A DNA stretch of 56,369 bases from Eubacteriales bacterium (GCA_035446985.1 DAOTGG010000003.1:1-56369), one strand, 5' to 3'; counted from the stretch's first letter, positions 9,844 through 20,806 are shown. The notes: generated from the letters alone by a model not told the origin. Program-made: numbers and translations.

Positions 9844-11232
9844 ATGAGAAAAATAAATGAAGAATGCGGATTGTTTGGAATAATAAGTCAAAAACGCGCA
9901 AACGTTGCCACTTTTACTTATTACGGACTTTTCGCTTTGCAGCACAGAGGTCAGGAAAGCGCGGGCATAGTCGTTAACGACAACGAAACGAATGAATTTC
10001 GCGCGCACAAAGACCTTGGCATCGTCGACGACGTTTTTACAAACGAAACTATCGATTTTTTGGGCGAAGGCAATATGGCTCTTGGACACGTTCGCTACGG
10101 CACAGGTCACAACAGCCGCAACGACGCTCAGCCGTTAGTTGTAAATCACACTAAAGGCAGAATGGCGATTGCTTATAACGGCAGTATCATCAACGCGAAA
10201 GAACTCCGCGAAGAGCTTGAAATGAACGGAATGATATTCCATACGACAAGCGACACCGAGATAATGGCTTATATGATAATACAGGAAAGACTCAAAACTA
10301 ATAGTCTGGAAGAAGCTGTCGCTATCGCTATGGAAAAATTTGTCGGAGCGTATTCACTTGTCATTATGTCGCATAACAAAATAATTGCTGTTCGCGACCA
10401 ACACGGCATTCGTCCTCTTTGTTACGGCAAAACTGCTGACGGAAGCTACGTTGTCGCTAGCGAAAGCTGCGCATTGGACGCCGTGGGAGCAAAACTTGTT
10501 CGCGACGTTCAGCCCGGCGAAATTATTGTTTTCAGCGCGGAAGGAATTAAAAATGTTACCGCAAACTGCGAAAAATGCAAAAGAGGTCTTTGCATTTTTG
10601 AATACGTTTATTTTGCGCGTCCCGATTCCGTTATCGACGGTTATTCAGTTCACCGCGCAAGAATGCGCGCGGGAGCTTTTTTGGCGGAACAGTACCCCGT
10701 TGAAGCGGATATCATTATCGGAGTACCCGATTCGGGCGTAGACGCGGCGATAGGTTACTCGCACAAGAGCGGCATTCCGTACGATATCGGTTTGATAAAA
10801 AATAAATATATCGGAAGAACCTTTATCGACGCTGGACAAAAATTCCGTGAAAAACGCGTAAGAATAAAACTTAACCCCGTTTCGGATGTAGTCAAAGGCA
10901 AACGCGTTGTTATGGTTGACGACAGTATCGTTCGCGGCACGACCTGCGCAAAACTCGTAAAACTTCTCAGAGAAGCGGGCGCGAAAGAAGTGCATTTGCG
11001 TATTTCATCACCGCCGTTTATCAATCCTTGCTACTACGGCACGGACATAAAATCAAAAGACGTTTTGGCGGCGTGCAACTATACTTTTGAAGAAATCCAA
11101 AAAATGATAAACGTTGACAGTTTGGGATATCTTAGTTTGGAAAACTGCAAAAAAATGCCTTGCGACGAAGACAAGGGTTACTGCACGGCATGTTTCGACG
11201 GACTTTATCCTACGGAAATTCCCAAAGAATAA
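9844..11232 (+). CDS. purF: amidophosphoribosyltransferase
   Basis: An Ntn Cys lies in EECGLFGI. The PRPP loop VVMVDDSIVRGTT is present, as are C-terminal Cys residues for the Fe-S cluster. Confidence 0.93.
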   Translation: MRKINEECGLFGIISQKRANVATFTYYGLFALQHRGQESAGIVVNDNETNEFRAHKDLGIVDDVFTNETIDFLGEGNMALGHVRYGTGHNSRNDAQPLVVNHTKGRMAIAYNGSIINAKELREELEMNGMIFHTTSDTEIMAYMIIQERLKTNSLEEAVAIAMEKFVGAYSLVIMSHNKIIAVRDQHGIRPLCYGKTADGSYVVASESCALDAVGAKLVRDVQPGEIIVFSAEGIKNVTANCEKCKRGLCIFEYVYFARPDSVIDGYSVHRARMRAGAFLAEQYPVEADIIIGVPDSGVDAAIGYSHKSGIPYDIGLIKNKYIGRTFIDAGQKFREKRVRIKLNPVSDVVKGKRVVMVDDSIVRGTTCAKLVKLLREAGAKEVHLRISSPPFINPCYYGTDIKSKDVLAACNYTFEEIQKMINVDSLGYLSLENCKKMPCDEDKGYCTACFDGLYPTEIPKE

Positions 11233-11284
11233 CAAAATTATTCACAAGCAAATATAACTAATAAAAAATTAGAAGGAAGAAAAA

Positions 11285-12325
11285 ATGAAATCGTTTAGCG
11301 CAAGCTACAAAAAAGCGGGAGTCGATATAACAGCGGGTTACAAAGCGGTAGAACTAATGAAAAAACATATCGCGAGAACGACAACAAGCGGAGTTATCGG
11401 CGATGTCGGCGGATTCGGCGGATTGTTTGGTCTTGATTTATCGGGTATCTCTAATCCCGTTTTGGTTAGCGGCACCGACGGAGTCGGAACAAAATTGAAA
11501 ATAGCTTTTTTGATGGACAAACACGACACCGTGGGTATCGACTGCGTGGCTATGAGTGTAAACGATATTATTTGCGCGGGCGCGAAACCGCTTTTTTTCC
11601 TTGATTACATCGCTACGGGCAAAAACGTGCCCGAAAAAATGGCAAATATCGTCGCCGGTATTGCGGAGGGTTGCGTGCAATCCGAATGCGCTCTTATCGG
11701 CGGCGAAACAGCCGAAATGCCCGGCTTTTACCCCGAAGATGAATATGACCTCGCGGGTTTTGCCGTAGGCGTAGTGGACAAAACTAAAATACTCGATAAT
11801 AAAAAAACGATTGAAGGCGACGTTATTATTGCTTTACCAAGCAGCGGAGTGCATAGCAACGGTTTTTCTCTTGTCCGCAAAGTTTTTAATATAGAAAAAA
11901 AGGGCAACATAAACAAAATTTACGATGAACTCGGCGGAAAAACACTTGGCGAAACGTTGTTGACGCCTACACGCATTTACGTTAAACCCATGGTAAAACT
12001 ATTTGAGGTAGTTAAAGTAAAAGGCGTATCGCATATTACTGGCGGCGGTTTTTATGAAAATATTCCGCGCAGCGTGCCAAACGGGCTTGCGGCAAAAATA
12101 AATAAAAACGACGTAAAAGTTTTGCCGATTTTTGACCTTATCGCAAAACTAGGAAAAATATCGGAACACGATATGTTCAACACTTTTAATATGGGCGTGG
12201 GCATGAGCGTGACGGTATCAAGAAGTGACGCAGACAAAGCATTGGCGGTTTTGCGTGAAAACGGCGAAAATCCGTATATAATCGGCGAAATCGTAAAATC
12301 CGACGAACGCGTAATTATTGGTTAA
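11285..12325 (+). CDS. purM: AIR synthetase
   Basis: [21 protein letters not shown] and GGETAEMPG are PurM motifs. Confidence 0.93.
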   Translation: MKSFSASYKKAGVDITAGYKAVELMKKHIARTTTSGVIGDVGGFGGLFGLDLSGISNPVLVSGTDGVGTKLKIAFLMDKHDTVGIDCVAMSVNDIICAGAKPLFFLDYIATGKNVPEKMANIVAGIAEGCVQSECALIGGETAEMPGFYPEDEYDLAGFAVGVVDKTKILDNKKTIEGDVIIALPSSGVHSNGFSLVRKVFNIEKKGNINKIYDELGGKTLGETLLTPTRIYVKPMVKLFEVVKVKGVSHITGGGFYENIPRSVPNGLAAKINKNDVKVLPIFDLIAKLGKISEHDMFNTFNMGVGMSVTVSRSDADKALAVLRENGENPYIIGEIVKSDERVIIG

Positions 12326-12337
12326 GGAAAATAAAAA

Positions 12338-12946
12338 ATGAAAGCAAAAATAGCTGTTTTGGTATCGGGCGGCGGAACTAATCTCCAAGCTCTTATAGAC
12401 AGCGTAAAAAAAGGAATAATTCATGACGGTGAAATCGCGGTCGTAATTTCCAGCAAGGATAGTGTTTATGCCTTGACAAGAGCGGACAATTACGGTATAC
12501 CGCGTTTTGTCGTAAAAAGGAAAGATAATACGCAGTCCGAATTTGAAACGGCAATCATAGAGATTTTACAAAAATTTGATATAGACTTAATTGTGCTGGC
12601 GGGCTTTTTGTGCGTTTTTTCGGAGAATTTTACAAAACTTTACACAGACCGAATAATAAACGTTCATCCGTCGCTTATACCTAAGTTTTGCGGGAAAGGT
12701 TTTTACGGAATTAGCGTTCACGAGCAGGTACTTAAAAGCGGCGACAAATATACGGGCGCGACTGTGCATTACGTAAACGAAATTACCGACGGCGGCAAAA
12801 TAATAATGCAAAAAAAAGTACGAGTCAAAAAAAACGACACGGCGAATAGTTTGCAAAAAAGAGTTATGGAAAAAGCGGAATGGAAACTTTTGCCAAAGGT
12901 AACGCAAAAACTTTGCGCGGAAATAGTTAAAGGAAAAAATATTTAA
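12338..12946 (+). CDS. purN: GAR formyltransferase
   Basis: IAVLVSGGGTNLQALID, INVHPSLIP and GATVHYV are PurN motifs. Confidence 0.92.
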   Translation: MKAKIAVLVSGGGTNLQALIDSVKKGIIHDGEIAVVISSKDSVYALTRADNYGIPRFVVKRKDNTQSEFETAIIEILQKFDIDLIVLAGFLCVFSENFTKLYTDRIINVHPSLIPKFCGKGFYGISVHEQVLKSGDKYTGATVHYVNEITDGGKIIMQKKVRVKKNDTANSLQKRVMEKAEWKLLPKVTQKLCAEIVKGKNI

Positions 12947-13650
12947 TGACTGACTTAAAAAATTATTTACAAAGCAATACATATCACGGAAGGGGTATTA
13001 TCGTAGGATTGACGCCGAGCGGAAAAGCCGCGGTAGCGTATTTTATTATGGGAAGAAGCCTTAACAGCCGAAACAGGGTTTTTGAAAAAGAAGGCGAAAA
13101 CGTTACTATTTATCCGTTCGACGCTTCCAAAGTTTCCGACCCGTCTTTAATAATATACTCCCCTGTTAAAAGAATAAACGACACGGTAGTGGTTACCAAC
13201 GGCGACCAGACCGACACGATTTGCGAGTTTTTAATTAAAGGCGATAAAAACGCATTTACAAATGCTCTTAATACAAGGCGTTATGAGCCAGACTCGCCCA
13301 ACTTTACCCCGCGAATAAGCGCATTACTCGACTTGAACGAAAATTTTAGATACTCCGTTTCCATTTTAAAAAGCGAAGGACAAGGCGAAAAATGTTTTCG
13401 TTTTTGTTTTGATTACGAAGCGGTTAATGGCACGGGGCATTTTATACATACATATATGAGCGACGGTAATCCTTTGCCATCATTTGCGGGCGAACCTGTA
13501 TCGGTGAATATTGACGACGATATAGATACTTTTACTTCGCTTATATGGGAAAACCTGAATAACGACAACAAAATATCTTTGGTTGTGAAATTTTTTGATT
13601 TGGCTGACAAAACTTCTCAAACCAAAATTATAAATAAAAATATAAAATAA
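12946..13650 (+). CDS. PurO-like (archaeal-type) IMP cyclohydrolase
   Basis: YHGRGIIVGLTPSGKAAVAYFIMGRS resembles the IMP_cyclohyd (PurO) family. The gene lies immediately before an AICARFT-only purH and its start overlaps the purN stop (TAATG). Confidence 0.7.
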   Translation: MTDLKNYLQSNTYHGRGIIVGLTPSGKAAVAYFIMGRSLNSRNRVFEKEGENVTIYPFDASKVSDPSLIIYSPVKRINDTVVVTNGDQTDTICEFLIKGDKNAFTNALNTRRYEPDSPNFTPRISALLDLNENFRYSVSILKSEGQGEKCFRFCFDYEAVNGTGHFIHTYMSDGNPLPSFAGEPVSVNIDDDIDTFTSLIWENLNNDNKISLVVKFFDLADKTSQTKIINKNIK

Positions 13651-13652
13651 TT

Positions 13653-14837
13653 ATGAAAGAATTTGAATTAAAATACGGCTGCAACCCAAACCAAAAGCCT
13701 GCGAAAATATTTATGGCGGACGGCAGCGAATTACCTATCGAAATATTAAGCGGCAGACCAGGCTACATAAACTTTTTAGACGCGTTAAATAGCTGGCAGC
13801 TTGTCAAAGAACTTAGCGAAGCTACTGGACTGGTTGCGGCGGCTTCCTTTAAACACGTAAGCCCGACGTCGGCAGCCGTGGGCAAAATTTTGCCTGAAAA
13901 ACTCAAAAAGGCGTGCTTTGTCAGCGACATAGAAGGGCTTGACGATTCGCCTGTTGCGTGCGCTTACGCGAGAGCGCGCGGCACCGACCGCATGAGCAGT
14001 TTTGGCGACTGGGTTGCGCTTTCCGACATTTGCGACGAAACTACGGCAAAAATTATTAACCGCGAAGTCAGCGACGGAATTATCGCGCCGAGTTACACAG
14101 ATAAAGCTTTGGAAATACTGCGCGCGAAACGAAACGGCTCTTATAACGTCGTGAAAATTGATAAACAATATAAGCCGAGCCAAATCGAAAGAAAACAAGT
14201 TTTCGGCGTGACTTTCGAGCAAAAAAGAAACGACCTGGTTATTGACGAAAATCTATTTAAAAATATCGTCACTATAAATAAAAACATTCCCGATTCGGCT
14301 GTAACCGATATGATAGTTGCGCTGATTACATTAAAATACACGCAGTCAAATTCCGTCTGTTATGCTTACGACGGACAAGCGATAGGCGTGGGCGCGGGAC
14401 AGCAGTCGCGCATACATTGCACACGGCTTGCGGGACAAAAGGCGGATTTGTGGCACCTTAGACAGCATGACAAAGTGATAGGTCTAAAATTTGCCAAAAA
14501 CGTCACGAGAGCGGAGAAAAATAATATTATCGATATTTATCTTTCGGACGACGCTGAAGAAGTCTTGGGTGAAAACGTGTGGCAAAATTATTTTGCCGTT
14601 AAACCCGAAAAATTTACACAGCAGGAAAAGCGGGCGTATTTAGATAAAATCAGCGGAGTGACGCTGGGTAGCGACGCTTTCTTCCCGTTCGGTGACAATA
14701 TCGAAAGAGCGCGTAAGAGTGGAGTTTCTTTCGTCATTCAGCCGGGCGGCTCGGTAAGAGACGACAACGTAATTGAAATTTGCGACAAATACAATATGGT
14801 TATGGTTATGACGGGTATACGCCTGTTCCATCACTAG
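13653..14837 (+). CDS. purH: AICAR formyltransferase (PurH lacking the N-terminal MGS-like IMP cyclohydrolase domain)
   Basis: The 394-aa protein starts directly with the LKYGCNPNQ motif of the AICARFT domain and ends with the canonical GIRLFHH. Confidence 0.85.
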   Translation: MKEFELKYGCNPNQKPAKIFMADGSELPIEILSGRPGYINFLDALNSWQLVKELSEATGLVAAASFKHVSPTSAAVGKILPEKLKKACFVSDIEGLDDSPVACAYARARGTDRMSSFGDWVALSDICDETTAKIINREVSDGIIAPSYTDKALEILRAKRNGSYNVVKIDKQYKPSQIERKQVFGVTFEQKRNDLVIDENLFKNIVTINKNIPDSAVTDMIVALITLKYTQSNSVCYAYDGQAIGVGAGQQSRIHCTRLAGQKADLWHLRQHDKVIGLKFAKNVTRAEKNNIIDIYLSDDAEEVLGENVWQNYFAVKPEKFTQQEKRAYLDKISGVTLGSDAFFPFGDNIERARKSGVSFVIQPGGSVRDDNVIEICDKYNMVMVMTGIRLFHH

Positions 14838-14845
14838 GAGAAAAA

Positions 14846-16114
14846 ATGAAAGTTATGGTTGTGGGCGGCGGCGGAAGAGAACACGCCATCGTCAAAAAAT
14901 TGCTTGAAAACAAATCGATTGAAAAAATATTCGTCCTTCCGTCAAACGGCGGAATAGACAAAATCGCCATTGGCATTGACATTAAAGCGATTGATATAGA
15001 CAATATCGTCAATTTTGCCGTAAAAAACGAAATAGATTACGCCGTGGTTGCGCAAGACGATCCGCTCGTTTTGGGACTCGTAGACAGACTTAACCAAGCA
15101 GGTATTGATTGCTTCGGACCGACCAAAAACGCAGCCATTATCGAAGGAAGCAAAGTGTTCGCAAAAAATTTTATGCAAAAACACAACATTCCGACTGCGC
15201 AATACTGCACTTTTGACACGGCGGAAGAAGCGGTTAAATATCTAAAGCTCAGCGATTTTCCCGTTGTGATAAAAGCCGACGGCGTGGCGGCGGGCAAAGG
15301 CGTTACGATAGCAAACGACATTGAGCAGGCAAAAGATGCGGTAACGTCGATTATGGACGACAAAATTTTTGGTAAAAGCGGCGACAAAATAGTAATAGAA
15401 GAATACATGCGCGGCACGGAATTTACTTTGCTGGCTTTTTGCGACGGCGAAACCATAAAACCCATGGTAAGCTCTATGGATCACAAAAAAGCTTTCGACG
15501 GCGATATGGGGCTTAATACCGGCGGTATGGGTGCAATCGCGCCCAGTCCCGTTTATAATGAAAAAATACGGCAGGAAACTTTGGAAAAAATCGTTTACCC
15601 GACTTTGGCAGCATTCAAAAAAGAAGGCATCATTTTTAAAGGCTGTTTGTATTTTGGACTTATGGCTACCGATAAAGGCGTAAGGGTTGTGGAATACAAT
15701 TGTCGTTTCGGCGATCCCGAAGCGCAAGTGGTGCTGCCGCTACTCAAAACCGACTTATTCACAGTAATGAAAGCGACCACAAACGGAACGCTTGATAAAA
15801 CGGAGATAGAGTTTTACGACAAATACGCGTGCTGCGTAATAATGGCGTCAAAAGGCTATCCGATAAAATATGAAAAAGGCTATGAGATAGAAATAGATGA
15901 AAAAGTCGAGCCGTATATCTTTTACGCGGGCGTAAAAACGGTTGATAATCGGCTTGTTACTAACGGCGGCAGAGTGCTGGGTGTTACGGCGGTTGAAGAC
16001 AGTTACCTTAAAGCAATAAATAAAGCGTATGAAAGAGTAAACAAGGTAAAATTTGAAAATATGTTTTACCGCAACGATATAGGCAAACGCGCGTTACAAA
16101 AAGACGAGGAGTAA
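14846..16114 (+). CDS. purD: GAR synthetase
   Basis: MKVMVVGGGGREHAI is the canonical PurD N-terminus. An AGGAG RBS lies at 14836-14840. The longer ORF-track start (14780) would overlap purH. Confidence 0.92.
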   Translation: MKVMVVGGGGREHAIVKKLLENKSIEKIFVLPSNGGIDKIAIGIDIKAIDIDNIVNFAVKNEIDYAVVAQDDPLVLGLVDRLNQAGIDCFGPTKNAAIIEGSKVFAKNFMQKHNIPTAQYCTFDTAEEAVKYLKLSDFPVVIKADGVAAGKGVTIANDIEQAKDAVTSIMDDKIFGKSGDKIVIEEYMRGTEFTLLAFCDGETIKPMVSSMDHKKAFDGDMGLNTGGMGAIAPSPVYNEKIRQETLEKIVYPTLAAFKKEGIIFKGCLYFGLMATDKGVRVVEYNCRFGDPEAQVVLPLLKTDLFTVMKATTNGTLDKTEIEFYDKYACCVIMASKGYPIKYEKGYEIEIDEKVEPYIFYAGVKTVDNRLVTNGGRVLGVTAVEDSYLKAINKAYERVNKVKFENMFYRNDIGKRALQKDEE

Positions 16115-16115
16115 A

Positions 16116-19100
16116 ATGCTAAACAGATTATACGTTGAGAAAAAAAGCGGATTTGATAATGAAGCGAAAAAATTATTCGCTGAAATAACTGAGATTTTAC
16201 AAATAAAATCCTTAACTGGGTTAAGATTACTCAACAGATACGACGTGGAAAATATTGATAAATCTATATTCGACAGAGCTGTAAAAGAAATTTTTTTCGA
16301 ACCGCAAGTCGACGAAGTTTATTTTGATTTGCCCGTAACTAACGGTCACGTTTTCGGTGTGGAATATTTGCCCGGTCAGTACGACCAAAGGGCGGATTCT
16401 GCCGAGCAATGCGCGCAGTTTATCTCGCAAGGCATCAAGCCTCAAATACGCACGGCAAAAATTTATATTTTGGAAGGTAAGCTTACCGATAAAGAAATAG
16501 GTGTCATAAAAGGATATTTAATTAATCCCGTCGAGTGCAGAGAAGCCGACTTGTCAATGAAAAAATCGCTCGAGTTAAATTACGACGCGCCGAAAGACGT
16601 TGAAATCTTTACTGGATTTAATAAATTGGATAAAAAAGGTTTAGTAGATTTTATAAAAACGCACGGGCTTGCTATGGACGCGGACGACGCAATATTTACT
16701 CAAGATTATTTCAAAAGCGAAAACAGCGAGCCGACTGTCGCGGAAATAAAACTTATCGATACTTATTGGTCAGACCATTGCAGACACACGACATTTTCCA
16801 CCGTTATCGACGAAGTGGAGTTTGAAAGCGAAGAAATAGAAAAGGCGTACCAAGATTATTTACAACAAAGAGAGTCGGTAAATAGAACGAAGCCGATTAC
16901 TCTTATGGATTTGGCTACTACCGCAATGCGCTGTATGCGCGCGCAGGGAAAACTGCCGAACTTGGACGTTTCCGACGAAATTAACGCTTGCACGGTAAAA
17001 ATAAAAGTTACTGTCGACGGCGAAAAACAAGACTGGCTGTTATTATTCAAAAACGAAACGCACAACCACCCGACGGAAATCGAACCATTTGGCGGAGCGG
17101 CTACTTGTCTGGGCGGCGCGATACGCGACCCCCTTTCTGGCAGAGCATACGTTTATTCGGCTATGCGGCTTACGGGCGCAGGCGACCCGCTCGCAAAAAT
17201 TGAAGACACCGTAAAAGGAAAATTGCCCCAAAGAAAAATCGTCACAACTGCTGCGGCTGGATACAGTTCTTACGGCAATCAAATAGGTCTAACCACAGGT
17301 TTGGTGGATGAAATTTATCACAGCGGATACGTGGCAAAACGTATGGAAATCGGCGCGGTCATAGGTGCGGTGCCAAGTAAAAACGTCGTACGAAAAACGC
17401 CCGACAGTAACGATATCGTAATTTTATTAGGCGGAAAAACGGGCAGAGACGGTATCGGCGGAGCGACGGGTTCGTCAAAAGCGCATACCGAAGATTCTAT
17501 CAACGCGTGCGGAGCGGAAGTTCAAAAAGGCAACGCGCCCGAAGAACGCAAACTTCAACGCTTTTTCCGCAATGAAGCAGTTTCCACAATGATAAAACGC
17601 TGCAATGATTTTGGCGCGGGCGGCGTGGCGGTAGCCGTGGGCGAGCTTGCGGACGGGCTTGATATCGACCTTGATAAAATTCCAAAAAAATACGAAGGGC
17701 TAAACGGCACGGAGCTTGCGATAAGCGAATCGCAGGAAAGAATGGCTGTCGTTGTTAATAGCAACGACGCGGAAAAATTCATAAGCTTAGCGGAAAAAGA
17801 AAATTTGATTGCCACGGTAATAGCGAAAGTTACAGACGAGCCTCGCCTTATTATGCGTTGGCAAAATAAAAAAATAGTCGATATTTCACGCGAGTTTTTA
17901 AATAGCAACGGCGCGCAAAAACATATAAAAGCGAAAATCACTAATCCCGCTAATTACGAAAAGTCTATTCCGACGAGTTTTACTGCGGGAATCAATAATC
18001 TTGTTAACGAACTTAACGTTTGCTCAAAACGCGGACTTATCGAAAGATTTGATTCTACAGTCGGAGCGAACACGGTTTTGATGCCATTAGGAGGAAAAAA
18101 TCAATCTACACCGCCTCAAGTAATGGCGCAAAAAATAGCGTTGGAAAAAGGCGATACCGACGATTGTTCTATTATGGCGTGGGGATTTAACCCATTTATA
18201 AGCGAAAAAAGTCCGTATCACGGAGCGTATCTCGCGGTAATTAATTCTGTTGCGAAAGCAGTCGCCGCAGGCGCGGATATAAATCAGACATATCTTACTT
18301 TCCAAGAATATTTTGAAAAACTCGGTAATTCTCCCGAAAAATGGGGCAAGCCGCTAGCGGCATTGCTGGGCGCGAATAAAGCTCAGTTTGATCTAGGTAT
18401 CGCGTCAATCGGCGGAAAAGATTCTATGAGCGGCAGTTTTGAAAATATATCTGTGCCGCCGACTTTGGTATCTTTCGCCGTCGGTATGGGAAAGGCGAGC
18501 AAAATAGTTACGCCCGAATTCAAAAAAATCGGAAGCAAAGTGTTTTTGCTTTCACCCGAAAAAATGGCGAATGGATTGCCGAACGCTGAAAGTTTTAAAA
18601 AGAATATAGGTATCGTGTCAAAACTTATCGACGAAGGAAAAGTTTTGTCCGCTTATGCCGTATCTTACGGCGGCGTAATCGAAAGCGTTTTCAAAATGTG
18701 TTTGGGTAACGGTTACGGATTTAATTTCAGTAATATAACGCTTACAAAATTATTCGGTTACGATTACGGCGCGTTTATTTTGGAGACGGGTGATAATGAA
18801 AATGTCGGTGAATTTTTGGGAACTATAACGAAAGAAAATGTTATAAGTTACGCTAATGAGACGGTTTTGATTGACGAATTGCTTGAAAGCTACGATAATA
18901 AACTTGAAAGCGTGTATCCGACAAAAACGCCGTCAAAAAAAGAAATAATCGAAAAAATATCATATAATACGACAAAAAAAGTCAAAGCGGCGATAACCGT
19001 AGCAAAGCCAAAAGTTTTGATACCCGTTTTCCCAGGCACAAACTGCGAATATGAAACGGCGAAAGCTTTTGAAAAAGCGGGCGCGGAAACGGAAATATTC

Positions 19101-19802
19101 GTCGTGAATAACCTTAACGCGCAAAATATAACTGAATCGCTGAATGCTTTTGCCCGTAAGACCGCCGAATCCCAAATACTGGTTATACCCGGCGGTTTCA
19201 GCGGCGGCGACGAACCCGATGGCTCGGCAAAATTTATTACTTCATTTATGCGAAACGAACGCGTGACGCAAGCTATTAACGAATTGCTCGATAAAAACGA
19301 CGGACTTATGTGTGGAATATGCAACGGTTTTCAAGCGTTGGTAAAACTCGGACTTTTGCCTTTCGGCAAAATAATATCGCCTAGCGAACAAAACCCGACG
19401 CTAACTTATAACGATATTTCCAGACATCAATCAAGGATTGTTAGGATCAGAGTTGCAAGTAACTTATCGCCTTGGTTTAATAAAGTGAAAACGGGAGAAA
19501 TTTACAACGTTCCTATTTCACACAGCGAAGGAAAATTCGTCGCTAGCGAAAAGTTGCTGCAAGAATTGGCAAATAAAGGTCAAATAGCAACCCAATACGT
19601 TGATCTGTGCGGCGAACCAACAATGAACGCCGACTTTAACCCTAACGGCTCGGTGTGGGCGATAGAAGGTATCACGTCCGCAAACGGCAGAATTTTGGGC
19701 AAAATGGGACACAGCGAGCGTATTGGAAAAAATCTTTATAAAAACGTCGCGGGCGAATACGATATGCGTATATTCGAATCCGCGGTTGAATATTTTAAAT
19801 AA
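16116..19802 (+). CDS. purL: FGAM synthase, single-chain large form (PurS-like + PurL + PurQ domains)
   Basis: The protein is 1228 aa. It carries WSDHCRHTTF and ETHNHPT (PurL) and a C-terminal GATase with GICNGFQAL and HSEG. Confidence 0.93.
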   Translation: MLNRLYVEKKSGFDNEAKKLFAEITEILQIKSLTGLRLLNRYDVENIDKSIFDRAVKEIFFEPQVDEVYFDLPVTNGHVFGVEYLPGQYDQRADSAEQCAQFISQGIKPQIRTAKIYILEGKLTDKEIGVIKGYLINPVECREADLSMKKSLELNYDAPKDVEIFTGFNKLDKKGLVDFIKTHGLAMDADDAIFTQDYFKSENSEPTVAEIKLIDTYWSDHCRHTTFSTVIDEVEFESEEIEKAYQDYLQQRESVNRTKPITLMDLATTAMRCMRAQGKLPNLDVSDEINACTVKIKVTVDGEKQDWLLLFKNETHNHPTEIEPFGGAATCLGGAIRDPLSGRAYVYSAMRLTGAGDPLAKIEDTVKGKLPQRKIVTTAAAGYSSYGNQIGLTTGLVDEIYHSGYVAKRMEIGAVIGAVPSKNVVRKTPDSNDIVILLGGKTGRDGIGGATGSSKAHTEDSINACGAEVQKGNAPEERKLQRFFRNEAVSTMIKRCNDFGAGGVAVAVGELADGLDIDLDKIPKKYEGLNGTELAISESQERMAVVVNSNDAEKFISLAEKENLIATVIAKVTDEPRLIMRWQNKKIVDISREFLNSNGAQKHIKAKITNPANYEKSIPTSFTAGINNLVNELNVCSKRGLIERFDSTVGANTVLMPLGGKNQSTPPQVMAQKIALEKGDTDDCSIMAWGFNPFISEKSPYHGAYLAVINSVAKAVAAGADINQTYLTFQEYFEKLGNSPEKWGKPLAALLGANKAQFDLGIASIGGKDSMSGSFENISVPPTLVSFAVGMGKASKIVTPEFKKIGSKVFLLSPEKMANGLPNAESFKKNIGIVSKLIDEGKVLSAYAVSYGGVIESVFKMCLGNGYGFNFSNITLTKLFGYDYGAFILETGDNENVGEFLGTITKENVISYANETVLIDELLESYDNKLESVYPTKTPSKKEIIEKISYNTTKKVKAAITVAKPKVLIPVFPGTNCEYETAKAFEKAGAETEIFVVNNLNAQNITESLNAFARKTAESQILVIPGGFSGGDEPDGSAKFITSFMRNERVTQAINELLDKNDGLMCGICNGFQALVKLGLLPFGKIISPSEQNPTLTYNDISRHQSRIVRIRVASNLSPWFNKVKTGEIYNVPISHSEGKFVASEKLLQELANKGQIATQYVDLCGEPTMNADFNPNGSVWAIEGITSANGRILGKMGHSERIGKNLYKNVAGEYDMRIFESAVEYFK

Positions 19803-19821
19803 AATCGAGGTGAATTTTTAA

Positions 19822-20664
19822 ATGGCTCAAATTTTGGACGGAAAAACGCTCTCGAAAGAAATTGAAGCGGAATTAACGGAAAGAGTTAAAAAGATTACGG
19901 CAAAAGGACATTCGCCGAAACTGGCGATCATGATAGTGGGCAACGATTACGCGTCGCAGACTTATGTCAAAATGAAAATGAACGCAAGCAGGCGTATAGG
20001 CGTGGAGCCGATAGAATTTCATTTTGACGAAACCGTTACGACAGAACAAATATTAAAAACTTTAAAAGAGCTAAATAACGACAAAAACGTTGTCGGAATA
20101 ATGCTGCAGCACCCTATTCCAAAGCATATCGACGAAAGAAAAATCGACGATTCGATTTTGCCAAGTAAAGATGTGGACGGACTTAATTCCGCTTCTTTTG
20201 GAGCGATGGCATTGGGACTCACGGCGTTTGCGCCCGCAACGGCGTTATCGATAATGACAATTTTAAGGCGGTACAAAATACAGATAGAAGGTAAAAAAGC
20301 CGTCGTTATCGGCAGAAGCGCGATATTGGGCAAACCCGTTTCGTTAATGCTCCTCAACGACAATGCGACCGTTACTATTTGCCACAGCAAAACGGTAAAT
20401 TTGCCTGAGATTGTTTCGCAAGCCGATATCGTGGTTGCCGCTGTCGGAAAACCGAAATTCGTAAAAGCGGAATGGATAAAAAAAGGCGCGGTAATAATAG
20501 ACGCGGGTTATAACGAAGGCAACGTGGGCGACGTGGATTTGGAACACGCGGCGGAAAGCAGTTCGGCTTATACGCCGGTACCGGGCGGAGTAGGACCGAT
20601 GACTATCGCGATGCTACTGGAACAAACCGTAATTGCCGCGGAAAAAGAATTTTTAAATAAATAA
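19822..20664 (+). CDS. folD: bifunctional methylene-THF dehydrogenase / methenyl-THF cyclohydrolase
   Basis: ILDGK, VGNDYASQTYVKMK, VIGRSAILGKP and TPVPGGVGPMT are FolD motifs. Confidence 0.93.
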   Translation: MAQILDGKTLSKEIEAELTERVKKITAKGHSPKLAIMIVGNDYASQTYVKMKMNASRRIGVEPIEFHFDETVTTEQILKTLKELNNDKNVVGIMLQHPIPKHIDERKIDDSILPSKDVDGLNSASFGAMALGLTAFAPATALSIMTILRRYKIQIEGKKAVVIGRSAILGKPVSLMLLNDNATVTICHSKTVNLPEIVSQADIVVAAVGKPKFVKAEWIKKGAVIIDAGYNEGNVGDVDLEHAAESSSAYTPVPGGVGPMTIAMLLEQTVIAAEKEFLNK

Positions 20665-20709
20665 ATTTAATTTTTTTAGTTTTCCCATTTATATATAAAA
20701 ATTAAAAAG

Positions 20710-20741
20710 ACCGATTGATAATCAATCGGTTTTTGCTTTTT
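20710..20741 (+). terminator. intrinsic terminator of the pur-folD operon
   Basis: The stem is accgattga / tcaatcggt (20710-20718 / 20722-20730), followed by ttttgctttttt. Confidence 0.75.
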
Positions 20742-20778
20742 TAAGGCGCCTAAAAAAATCTCTTAGTTTATTAAAATC

Positions 20779-20806
20779 AAAAAAAGCGAGAGTTAAAAAT
20801 CTCGCT
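20779..20806 (-). terminator. intrinsic terminator downstream of typA
   Basis: A 7-bp stem (agcgaga 20785-20791 / tctcgct 20800-20806) is followed on the minus strand by TTTTTT. Confidence 0.6.

Noticed and set aside
14780-14845. The longer ORF-track start for purD (14780).
   Set aside because: It would overlap purH by 58 nt and add a non-conserved N-terminus. The ATG at 14846 has an AGGAG RBS and gives the canonical MKVMVVGGGGREHA.
15037-15727. Minus-strand ORFs of 142 and 161 aa inside purD.
   Set aside because: They are antisense to a well-supported purD frame and have no independent signals.
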